Shown: positions 10,095 through 17,828 of the stretch, piece after piece
Numbering within the stretch: position 1 is the stretch's first letter
Layout of the letters: each line of letters starts with the position of its first letter
NCBI GenBank assembly: GCA_002353975.1
Contig: DEKQ01000038.1
Span: 18,260-55,103, forward strand
Source of the DNA: Prevotellaceae bacterium UBA2718
Lineage (GTDB): Bacteria; Bacteroidota; Bacteroidia; Bacteroidales; Bacteroidaceae
Direction of reading: 5' to 3'
DNA: 36,844 nucleotides
Position numbers and translations under genes: made by a program
Notes under the pieces: model-generated
What the model was told of the DNA's origin: nothing
The model's database searches: none
What the model saw: only the letters and a program-made list of their open reading frames with translations

Positions 10095-13000
10095 TTAGAA
10101 TGTCACGTTAATACCGAAGGAGAATGTACGCGAGCGTGGGTAGCGGTTCATATCCATAGACGGTGTGAGTCCGCTCTGAACATCTACCTCAGGATCGTAA
10201 CCGGAGTAACCGGTGATCATGAACAGGTTGCCTGCAGAGAAGTATGCACGGAGCTTGCTCAGGTAGATCTTGTTTATAATCTTCTTCGGGAATGTGTAAC
10301 CGATGGTGATGTCCTGACAACGGAGGAATGAACCATCCTCTACGAAGTAAGAGTTGACAGTGTTAGTAACGACGTCAGCAGGGTTCCAGAGTGGCTTGTT
10401 CGCGTTCATAGCGATGTAGTCAGTGGTCTGGTCGAGCACGGTCTTGGATGTCGTGGTGTAGTCGTCGTGGCTGCCGAAGTCAGCAGTGTATGCCCAACGG
10501 TTTCCGCGACCGAACTTAGCCAGCACATTGTTGTAAACCGTAGCGGTGCTTGAGCTTGAAGAGAGAGCGTAAGCCGTTGCGTTATACACGTCAAAGTTGA
10601 GCATGTAGGTGAAGTTTGCAGAGAAGTCCCACTCCTTGTATGTGGCTGAGAGACCGAAGCCACCCTGCCAGCGTGGGTTGGTGTTACCGATGACGGTACG
10701 GTCCTTGGTAGTAATCTTGCCGTCGCCGTCCAGGTCCTTGAACTTCATCTTGCCAGGCATAGAAGGATCACCTGATGTAGATGCAGCCAGCACGTCGGTT
10801 GTCATCTCAGGCACGCCGTCCTTGAGCACCCACTTGGTCTTGTTGTTCCACTGGTCGATGTCGAAGTCGCTGACCTGATACAGGCCGTCGTAAACGTAGC
10901 CATAGAGCATACCTACCTCGCCGCCTACCTGGAGGATGTAGTCGTCCTCGCCTGCAGACTTGAAGCGTGAAGAGTAGTTATACAGCACGTCGTCGGTAGC
11001 ATTGAGCTGCTTTACCTTCATCTTGTTGTGACCGATGGTGAGGTTACCGGAGAAGACATAGTCCTTACCGCGGAGGAAGTCACCGTTGACTGTCAACTCG
11101 AAACCGCTGTTCTGCACCTTACCGATGTTCTGCATCTGAACGGTGTAACCAGAGGTAGAAGAAATGGTTGACTTGTAAAGAAGGTCACGTGTGGTGTTGA
11201 TATAGAACTCAGGCGTGATGCTGAGGCGTCCGCCCCACAGCACGATGTCTGCTGCAAAGTTACGTGTGATGGTGGTCTCCCACTTGATGCCCTTGTTAGG
11301 ATAGGTGGTAGGAGAGGTGTAGTACATCTCACCATACTGACGAGACTCTCCGAAGCCGGGACCGCCTTCCGTTGCTACGGTGTAGCGATAGCGCCAGAGG
11401 TCGGCGTCGATGTTGTTGTTACCTGCCAGACCGAAGGCGAAGCGCAGCTTCAACTGGTCAATCCACTTCACGTCAGAGAGGAACTTCTCCTTGTTCATTA
11501 CCCACGCACCTGAGATTGATGGGAACCAACCCCACTGGTTGCCTGGAGCGAACTTTGTGGAACCGTCGGCACGGAGTGTAGCAGAGATGAGGTACTTGTG
11601 GTCGTAGTTATAAGATGCCTGACCGAAGAAAGATGCTGTGCGGTCGGCTGTTGACCTGTAGGTGTCAGAGATATATACGTCACCCAGACCCATGTTGTCG
11701 AATGCACGTCCGGCAGTGATGGAACGGTCGAAGTAACGGTTCTTCTGTGTGCTCTCCTTATACTGGGTGTTATAGATTTCCTGACCCAGGAGGAACGACA
11801 GGTTGTGTACGTCCTTGATGTCGAAGTTATAAGTAGCTGTGTTGGTCCAGGTGTAAGACTGTGTCGTACGGTTCTGGATCTGTGCCACAGGCTGTGAGTT
11901 ATACTTCTTACCCTCGCTTGAGAGGTAGCCCCAGTAGCGCTGTGTGTCGCGGAAGGTGATAGCATAGTTACCCTCAGTGCGCAGTGTGAGGCCCTCGATA
12001 GGTGTCCACGTGAGAGACATACGGTTGTTGATGTTGTAAGAGTGTCTCTTCTGCACGTTGGTAGTGATGTTAGAGAGAGGATTGTTCTCATCCCACTCTG
12101 CCAGCTTGTCAGGGTCAACATTCACGAACTTCGTGTCATATATGGCGAAGTCAGTGTAACCCTTCGTAGGAGCGTACTTCAGCACGTCGATGATACCGCC
12201 TGTACCTACGCCTTCACCACCGGCACCCTCGTCACGACGATAGGTCATCGTTGGGCTGTAGTTGAACTTGAGTTTCGGATGCAGGTCGGTGTTCAACTTG
12301 AAGTTGATGTTGGTACGGCGTACGCCTGAACCCATGATGATACCCTTATCCTCAGACTGTGTGAGAGAGAGCTTGAACTTTGTCTTGTCGTTACCGCCGC
12401 CGATGGCTACGTTGGCCATGTAGTTCAGCGGAGTCTCGTTCATCACCTCGTCCTGCCAGTTGATGTTGCGGTGTGTTGCATAGACATCCATGTCGGCAGG
12501 GTTACCGAAGTTCTCACGCCAGTTACGTGCAGATGTAGAAGAGTAAGACACGCCGCCCTGGGCACGGTCCCATGTATATTCCACGAAGTCTGTGGTCCTC
12601 ATCAGGTCAAGCTTCTTGGAGATGTGGGAGAGTGTCAGACGTCCGTTGAACTCTACCTGCACCTTACCAGCCTGTGCTGACTTGGTCGTTACGACGATAA
12701 CGCCGTTACCACCCTTCGCACCGTAGATGGCGGTGAGTGATGCGTCCTTCAACACGTCGATAGATGCGATATCGCTTGGCGGGATATCGTTGATGTTAGA
12801 CTGCTGGAAACCATCCACAATGTAGAGAGGCTCGTTGGACTGTGTCACAGACGTAGCACCACGCACGCGGATGTTTACATCAGCACCCGGCTGACCATCG
12901 ACAGAGGTTACCTGCACACCGGCAATTTTACCGGCCAGAGCCTCTGTGGCAGATGATACAGGGATAGCTGCCAGCTTGGCACCGCTTACAGAACCTACCG

Positions 13001-13367
13001 AACCGGTCAGATCCTTACGGGCCTTTGAACCGTAACCGATGGCTACGACCTCGTTAAGAGTCGTTGCATCGTCTTCAAGGGTAACATCGAGCTGAGTCTT
13101 GCTACCTACCTTTACATTTGCAGTCTTCATACCAACGTAAGAAATCTGCAAGTCATGCGACGTCGAGGACATCTTGATGGTGAAGTTACCGTCAAAATCG
13201 GTAACAGTGCCATTCTTAGTGCCTTTCTCCATTACGGTAGCACCAATGACCGGCTCACCCATACTGTCCTTAACGTTTCCTGTCACTGACTGCGCCTGCA
13301 GTGCTGCACAGTAGAAGAGCAACATGCTTACGAGCGCGTAGCGAACGTTCTTGAATTTTTCAGACAT
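10095..13367 (-). CDS. susC: SusC/RagA family TonB-dependent transporter
   Basis: N-terminal GEPVIGATV..GTVTDFDGNF domain. Plug motifs DLTGSV, PLYIVDG and SIDVLKDASLTAIYGAKGGNGVIVVTTK. Barrel motifs RADGSTKF and IKWETT, with a C-terminal YPRSRTFSFGINVTF. Confidence 0.97.
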   Translation of the reverse strand: MSEKFKNVRYALVSMLLFYCAALQAQSVTGNVKDSMGEPVIGATVMEKGTKNGTVTDFDGNFTIKMSSTSHDLQISYVGMKTANVKVGSKTQLDVTLEDDATTLNEVVAIGYGSKARKDLTGSVGSVSGAKLAAIPVSSATEALAGKIAGVQVTSVDGQPGADVNIRVRGATSVTQSNEPLYIVDGFQQSNINDIPPSDIASIDVLKDASLTAIYGAKGGNGVIVVTTKSAQAGKVQVEFNGRLTLSHISKKLDLMRTTDFVEYTWDRAQGGVSYSSTSARNWRENFGNPADMDVYATHRNINWQDEVMNETPLNYMANVAIGGGNDKTKFKLSLTQSEDKGIIMGSGVRRTNINFKLNTDLHPKLKFNYSPTMTYRRDEGAGGEGVGTGGIIDVLKYAPTKGYTDFAIYDTKFVNVDPDKLAEWDENNPLSNITTNVQKRHSYNINNRMSLTWTPIEGLTLRTEGNYAITFRDTQRYWGYLSSEGKKYNSQPVAQIQNRTTQSYTWTNTATYNFDIKDVHNLSFLLGQEIYNTQYKESTQKNRYFDRSITAGRAFDNMGLGDVYISDTYRSTADRTASFFGQASYNYDHKYLISATLRADGSTKFAPGNQWGWFPSISGAWVMNKEKFLSDVKWIDQLKLRFAFGLAGNNNIDADLWRYRYTVATEGGPGFGESRQYGEMYYTSPTTYPNKGIKWETTITRNFAADIVLWGGRLSITPEFYINTTRDLLYKSTISSTSGYTVQMQNIGKVQNSGFELTVNGDFLRGKDYVFSGNLTIGHNKMKVKQLNATDDVLYNYSSRFKSAGEDDYILQVGGEVGMLYGYVYDGLYQVSDFDIDQWNNKTKWVLKDGVPEMTTDVLAASTSGDPSMPGKMKFKDLDGDGKITTKDRTVIGNTNPRWQGGFGLSATYKEWDFSANFTYMLNFDVYNATAYALSSSSSTATVYNNVLAKFGRGNRWAYTADFGSHDDYTTTSKTVLDQTTDYIAMNANKPLWNPADVVTNTVNSYFVEDGSFLRCQDITIGYTFPKKIINKIYLSKLRAYFSAGNLFMITGYSGYDPEVDVQSGLTPSMDMNRYPRSRTFSFGINVTF

Positions 13368-13601
13368 AGTTAGTTAGTTTGTTTAGTATAGTTGATAGAT
13401 AAATAAAATCCGTCAATAAGATGCGTCCACATCAGTCCCACAGGACACTGGAAAGTCCTTACGAAACAGCTTGTCTGTATTTACTTACCGGGTTGTCAGT
13501 TAGTTGATATCGATTTACTTATTCTTCCTTTTGTGCTCTTAGCATGGCAATAGTGGCAACAGAACACAACAGTTCTTAACGCCTATTAAGGAAATTTGGT
13601 G

Positions 13602-13609
13602 CAAAGTTA
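13602..13609 (-). promoter_or_regulatory. Bacteroidetes -7 promoter element for susC (TAACTTTG)
   Basis: TAnnTTTG followed by CA, about 235 nt upstream of the susC ATG. Confidence 0.65.
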
Positions 13610-13668
13610 ATTAAAAATTGATAATGCGCAACTAATTGCACTGTTAAAAAACATTAAGAAACAAAAAT

Positions 13669-13698
13669 ATGCCGCAAGAATACACCATCTTGCGGCAT
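13669..13698. promoter_or_regulatory. Perfect 11-bp inverted repeat upstream of the susC promoter (terminator or operator)
   Basis: ATGCCGCAAGA-atacacca-TCTTGCGGCAT with A/T-rich flanks. Confidence 0.5.
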
Positions 13699-13764
13699 TT
13701 ATCCTGTTTTCCGCCCGCAATTCCGACCGAGCGAGAATGTCTGCCAAAATGGCAGAGTAACTTT

Positions 13765-13879
13765 TGCGTTCTGATAGCAGGTCTTTTACCTCCTAATAGT
13801 AGGTCTTTTACACGGTAATAGTAGGTCTTTTACCTCCTAAAAGACCTACTATCACAACGCATTGATAATCAGATTGTTC
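13765..13879. repeat. Dispersed 22-bp-period repeat element, copy 2 (opposite orientation)
   Basis: Reverse cores at 13773, 13795 and 13817, a forward core at 13838, then ACAACGCATTGATAATCAG, which mirrors the left flank of copy 1. Confidence 0.9.
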
Positions 13880-13947
13880 AGGACTGCCATTTTGTCATAG
13901 CCACGTCATCGGCTCTATATGACTAACAGTTATCTGACCGCTTTGCA

Positions 13948-14047
13948 GTAGGAGGCGACGTGTCTCACGTCGCAACGGCTAATGATACCGACTATGACAT
14001 TGCTGATATAACGCTGTTGGTGCGATGTGGGGACACGTCGCCTCCTA
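13948..14047. repeat. GTAG-type REP doublet
   Basis: GTAGGAGGCGACGTGTCTCACGTCGC (13948-13973) and the inverted variant GCGATGTGGGGACACGTCGCCTCCTA (14022-14047). Confidence 0.85.
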
Positions 14048-14101
14048 AAGGCTTATGAAATGGGGTGTTCAATATGGAGTGCTCACCTTTGCGCATGCTC
14101 T

Positions 14102-14176
14102 GTGCATCCACACTGGGGACGTGGGCGTCCTCGGTTCCCCCGTTTCCCAGGGGACAGAAACCCCATGTGGATGCAC
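14102..14176. repeat. GC-rich palindromic element
   Basis: Arms GTGCATCCACA(C)TGGGG and CCCCATGTGGATGCAC enclose a smaller GGACG/CGTCC hairpin. Confidence 0.6.
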
Positions 14177-14242
14177 GCTGGTGAAATAAGGTGACATAAA
14201 CAAAGGGTTCGCTATCTAAGAATGAAAGGTACGGAGAAAATG

Positions 14243-14278
14243 AAAAGGTCGATTAACCGTTTTACAGATTAACCGACC
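14243..14278 (-). terminator. Intrinsic terminator of the Cys-rich lipoprotein gene
   Basis: Minus strand GGTCGGTTAATC-tgtaaaac-GGTTAATCGACC-TTTT, 13 nt after the stop. The mismatches are G-U pairs on this strand. Confidence 0.75.
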
Positions 14279-14291
14279 AAAATTACGGATA

Positions 14292-15842
14292 TTAGTAGAC
14301 TGTGTAAATGGAGAACAAATAGTAATCAGAATATGTGCCAACATTTACTTCATGATAGTAGAATTCAGTACCATGAGCCTTATAGCGAGTATCAGAGAAG
14401 CTTTCAAGCGATATGTTCAGATTGTACTTGAAATCCTCTATGATGTTGTTAAGATAACTCTTATAGTTATTTAAGGCTGTAGATTTATCTATCTTGAAAT
14501 CATATTCTACGTATTTGCGACCATTGGGGAGTTTTCCTATCTGTGCTGTCTCAAACTGCAATCCCTGATATGTCAGTGAGCCCAAATCTGGGTTTTCGCT
14601 GGCATAAACCGAAAAATAATCTGAATACTCCTTGATTTTATACGACCTTCCTATCACACTCTTAATCGTCTGATAAGAAGATGTCTTCATATTAACGTCA
14701 ACAATCCCCATAGGCTTCTCTAACCAATTCCTTAGTGCTGTCAATGCATTGACACTTTCCGCTTGGGCGACAGATATTTCAAAGGACAGTTCGCCTGACG
14801 TGTCGGCAACGGTCAATTTAGAGTAGCGAGTGCCGTTATATGCAGAAGCACCGACACTGACGGAAGCATTGCCCGTGCCGTTGCTGGGCGTACAGGTGAC
14901 CCACGAGTCGGCAGCCTTGACAGTCCATGAGGTGTTGGAAGTAATGTTGATGGTTGCCCCAGAGCCACTTGAACTGACAAAGACGGAAGATGCATCGATG
15001 CTCAGATTAGCGGATTCCCCACTTTGTGAAACACTGACATTGGTCTTGGAGTTGCCGTATGTGAAGGTAATGATGCCATTGCGTGTTGAAACCGAGTTGT
15101 TCTTGGCTGCGGTGACAGTCAGCGTGTAGTCGCCGCTGCCAGAAGAGCGCGAGAAAGTGAGCCATTCAACGTCTGACGATACTTGCCAATCACCTGTACT
15201 GTGAACAAAGATTCTCTTGTTGTCACTACCGTCGGTGAAAGAGAGAGACTGAGCACTCACCTTGCCGGTACCTGTACAGTCTTTGCACTTGCCGTCGCTG
15301 TTAATGCATGTGGAACAATGTCCATCGCCTCCGCACGTCTGGCATTCAGGATTACCATGACAGGTCTGGCAGGTCAAGTAGCCATTACAGGATGGACATT
15401 TACCTTTCCCTAAACAGTATTCATATTCTACACTCCCTGTGCCGCCACAAGTCTGACATTTTTTTCCATATTTTACTCCTTCACCCCAGCAATAACTGCA
15501 TGTTTTGTTACCTTTATCAATGCACGAATGGCAATTCCCTGTTCCACCGCAGTCGTCGCAGACACCCGTTGTACCACAATTTTTACAGTATTTGCCTGTG
15601 CCTTGACATGTCTTACATCCTTTTCCTGTGCCATTACAGTCAATGCATTGCGTGCTGCCATTGCAAGTGGGACAGTCTTGCATCAACTGAAATGTAAGCT
15701 GAGTACTATTTTTGTTACCGTCATTGGGATTATTGTTATTGGCAGGAGGGACTGGTCCATTGTCATCCCCACCGCAGGCCAATAGAGCAAAACAGCAACA
15801 CGTCAACACTGCTAACACCATAAGTTGATAAGTTCGTTTCAT
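14292..15842 (-). CDS. Lipoprotein with ~13 CxxCxGxG-like repeats, two BACON domains and an unrecognised C-terminal domain
   Basis: Lipobox LLA-C23-GGDDN. Tandem CxxC(x)GxG units at 15264-15674. Two BACON-type segments: STGDWQVSSDVEWL...RNGIITF..VSVSQ and SNTSWTVKAADSWV...RYSKLTV..ISVAQ. Confidence 0.85.
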   Translation of the reverse strand: MKRTYQLMVLAVLTCCCFALLACGGDDNGPVPPANNNNPNDGNKNSTQLTFQLMQDCPTCNGSTQCIDCNGTGKGCKTCQGTGKYCKNCGTTGVCDDCGGTGNCHSCIDKGNKTCSYCWGEGVKYGKKCQTCGGTGSVEYEYCLGKGKCPSCNGYLTCQTCHGNPECQTCGGDGHCSTCINSDGKCKDCTGTGKVSAQSLSFTDGSDNKRIFVHSTGDWQVSSDVEWLTFSRSSGSGDYTLTVTAAKNNSVSTRNGIITFTYGNSKTNVSVSQSGESANLSIDASSVFVSSSGSGATINITSNTSWTVKAADSWVTCTPSNGTGNASVSVGASAYNGTRYSKLTVADTSGELSFEISVAQAESVNALTALRNWLEKPMGIVDVNMKTSSYQTIKSVIGRSYKIKEYSDYFSVYASENPDLGSLTYQGLQFETAQIGKLPNGRKYVEYDFKIDKSTALNNYKSYLNNIIEDFKYNLNISLESFSDTRYKAHGTEFYYHEVNVGTYSDYYLFSIYTVY

Positions 15843-15928
15843 ATTGACTAAGTTTTTTTAGTTTGTGACTAAGTTTATTAAGTTTGTCTCTATATTTAAG
15901 TCCGACACCTCTGAATAGAAGACAGAAA

Positions 15929-16104
15929 AAGAAACGTGGACTAATAACTTCGTCTACGTTTACTGAGGTATTGGGGATAACCATTGCTACTTTAACGAGT
16001 AAAAGCCCACGTCAAACGACGTGAGCGTTGAAACTATTACTCTTGTAGCTTTACTTTTAATTCCCCAATTATCAGTAAACAAGAACAAAAAGCTAACGCT
16101 TCTT
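15929..16104 (-). ncRNA. Putative structured leader RNA, copy A (family unassigned)
   Basis: Nested stems on +: GTTTACTGA/TCAGTAAAC, TTGGGGA/TCCCCAA, GCTAC/GTAGC, GAGTAA/TTACTC, GCCCACGTC/GACGTGAGC. Closing pair AAGAAACGT/ACGCTTCTT. The stem mismatches become G-U pairs on the minus strand. Confidence 0.7.
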
Positions 16105-16176
16105 ATCTATATGTCTTTTGTTCTTTTATTGATTCATACGCAATCTGTTTTGGTTAGACATTATTATTAGAAGTCT

Positions 16177-16184
16177 CAAAGCTA
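16177..16184 (-). promoter_or_regulatory. Candidate -7 promoter element (TAGCTTTG) for leader A and the lipoprotein
   Basis: TAnnTTTG match immediately after the upstream gene's stop codon, about 73 nt before the structured element. Confidence 0.5.
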
Positions 16185-16427
16185 TTAGGCAGCCTTCAAC
16201 AAGTCAAGCACGGAATAAACGCGTGTCATGTTCTCGAACGTGAAATACTGGTCGTCGAGCACCATCCACTTCTCGCGCTCTTTGACGGGCATCTGCTTGA
16301 TGTCGGGAAAGAACGACACGGGCACGATGACCGTCCGCCCATCGGTCAGGCGTACAATCATCTTTCCGCGAAGCGACTTGAAGTCCATGTCCTTGATACC
16401 CACGCTAACATCTTTCATCTTACACAT
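16185..16427 (-). CDS. DUF2442-like protein, putative antitoxin
   Basis: 80 aa with MIVRLTDGRTVIVPVSFFPDI...EREKW, the pattern typical of DUF2442. Paired with the upstream DUF4160-like gene. Confidence 0.75.
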   Translation of the reverse strand: MCKMKDVSVGIKDMDFKSLRGKMIVRLTDGRTVIVPVSFFPDIKQMPVKEREKWMVLDDQYFTFENMTRVYSVLDLLKAA

Positions 16428-16446
16428 AATCCTTTCCTCCTATATT

Positions 16447-16743
16447 TTATTTCTCTATGTCAATTGATACAGTTTTTTCGCCGTTGAATGCCTTCGTCAC
16501 TTGTTCGTTGATAAACTCCCAGTGCCGGTTGATGGCGGCGACAAGCATTTCGTTATCCTTCAGCGAGAGGCTCGATTCAGCTATCTCGACGCATTGTTGT
16601 CCGTTGGACTCAATCCATATCTTCGCCAACGAGTGCTGGTGCCGCTTGCCCTTGTAGAACACATGGACATGTCGGCGATTGTCATTCGCATCAATGGATA
16701 TGGCCACCAAGATGAACATCCGAAGAAATGCCAATTGTCCCAT
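16447..16743 (-). CDS. DUF4160-like protein, putative toxin
   Basis: 98 aa with D..RRHVHV...AKIWI, resembling the DUF4160 HxPxHxHV..AKxW pattern. First gene of a two-gene operon. Confidence 0.75.
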   Translation of the reverse strand: MGQLAFLRMFILVAISIDANDNRRHVHVFYKGKRHQHSLAKIWIESNGQQCVEIAESSLSLKDNEMLVAAINRHWEFINEQVTKAFNGEKTVSIDIEK

Positions 16744-16762
16744 ATTTTTTTATTTTACGCTG

Positions 16763-16770
16763 CAAAGATA
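16763..16770 (-). promoter_or_regulatory. -7 promoter element (TATCTTTG) of the TA operon
   Basis: Consensus TAnnTTTGCA 20 nt upstream of ATG 16743. Confidence 0.7.
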
Positions 16771-17006
16771 CATCTTTTTTATGAAATATGCTCATTCAGA
16801 AAAGAAAATTTGTATCATTGCTCACAAAATCCTGATTATGGGGGAGGATTCTCTGAGTTCAACGCGCGCAACAGCTTCTGATGAGCGGATATACAATCTC
16901 AGAGACTGCCGAAAGCCTTGGTTTTGACTATCCGCAGCACTTTACACGCCAGTTCAAGAAGCACTTTGGCGTTACTCCATCAGACTTCATCAAGAGGTGA
17001 AGCCCA

Positions 17007-17774
17007 TTACTTTATTGATGTGACGAAGGCCTTGGCGGTGCCGAAACGCAGGTTGAGGTCAAGGCGTATGGGGATGTGGCGATAGTCGTCGGTGACGTAG
17101 AACTTCACTATCTCCTTCCACTTTCCGTTCTCTTTCTCGTTGTAAGATATTACGAGGCAATGGTACTTCTTGTTGTCATCGCCCTTGACGGTCTTGCGTC
17201 CGTTGAAGACGAGGCGTGCCGTAGTCAGTTTGGAGCCGCCTGCTATATAGACCGTTTCAGAGTGTCCCTTCTTCCAACTTGACACGTCCATGCTCCTGAT
17301 GCGCATGAAACTGTTGATCATGTCCGACACGTTGCGGTCATACGTATGCTTCTCGGCAGTCACTTCGCCGTCGGCAGCCAGGTGGCGCATGGTGGCCAGG
17401 GTCTTGTTGCCGCTGTTGGTGTACCACACCTCATCGACGTAATAGCGCTTGCCCTCGCGCGCGCCTTTCCTATAATATAAGGGGGAGAGGTCCAGGTCGC
17501 AGAAGCTGGTGATGGTGTCGCGCATGACGAAGAAGCGGTCTATCTTGCGCGATGTCTGCGTGACCAGGCTGGTGCGGAATACGTTCTTGCCCTTGTAGGT
17601 GGAGGGCTGGGTGGTCATAGTCGCCGTACCGGCCTTGATCCATACGAACTTCCAGTTGAAATAGAGCTGATAAGTTATCACCTCGCGGTCATTGAACGCC
17701 CTTGACAAGGCGTCTGCCTGCGAGGGTATAAGCAGCGATATCGTCAGTAAAAGAATGAAAAGTACTCTTCTCAT
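17007..17774 (-). CDS. DUF3108-like exported protein
   Basis: Signal peptide. Patterns AFNDREVITYQLYFNWKFVWIKAGTA, PLYYRKGAREG and YVTDDYRHIPIRLDLNLRFGTAKA. Confidence 0.8.
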   Translation of the reverse strand: MRRVLFILLLTISLLIPSQADALSRAFNDREVITYQLYFNWKFVWIKAGTATMTTQPSTYKGKNVFRTSLVTQTSRKIDRFFVMRDTITSFCDLDLSPLYYRKGAREGKRYYVDEVWYTNSGNKTLATMRHLAADGEVTAEKHTYDRNVSDMINSFMRIRSMDVSSWKKGHSETVYIAGGSKLTTARLVFNGRKTVKGDDNKKYHCLVISYNEKENGKWKEIVKFYVTDDYRHIPIRLDLNLRFGTAKAFVTSIK

Positions 17775-17828
17775 CGTGTGTATCCTGTTCGTTTTTATCT
17801 GTTATTATTCTGTTTGTTTATTGAACCA

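Noticed and set aside
15264-15674. Multiheme cytochrome c or DnaJ chaperone
   Set aside because: Only one CxxCH (CQTCH) among about 13 CxxC units, and no J-domain HPD motif.
15763-15984. 73-aa minus-strand ORF as a leader peptide
   Set aside because: It overlaps the lipoprotein start out of frame and has no counterpart in leader B. The structured element explains the region better.
15958-16080. Integron attC site (also considered for 25675-25871)
   Set aside because: No integron integrase or cassette array is present. The elements lie between promoter and gene, and G-U strand bias favours RNA. An ssDNA role is not fully excluded.
16838-16927. 29-codon plus-strand ORF divergent from the TA operon
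   Set aside because: No recognisable motif and only a degenerate promoter box, so it cannot be supported.
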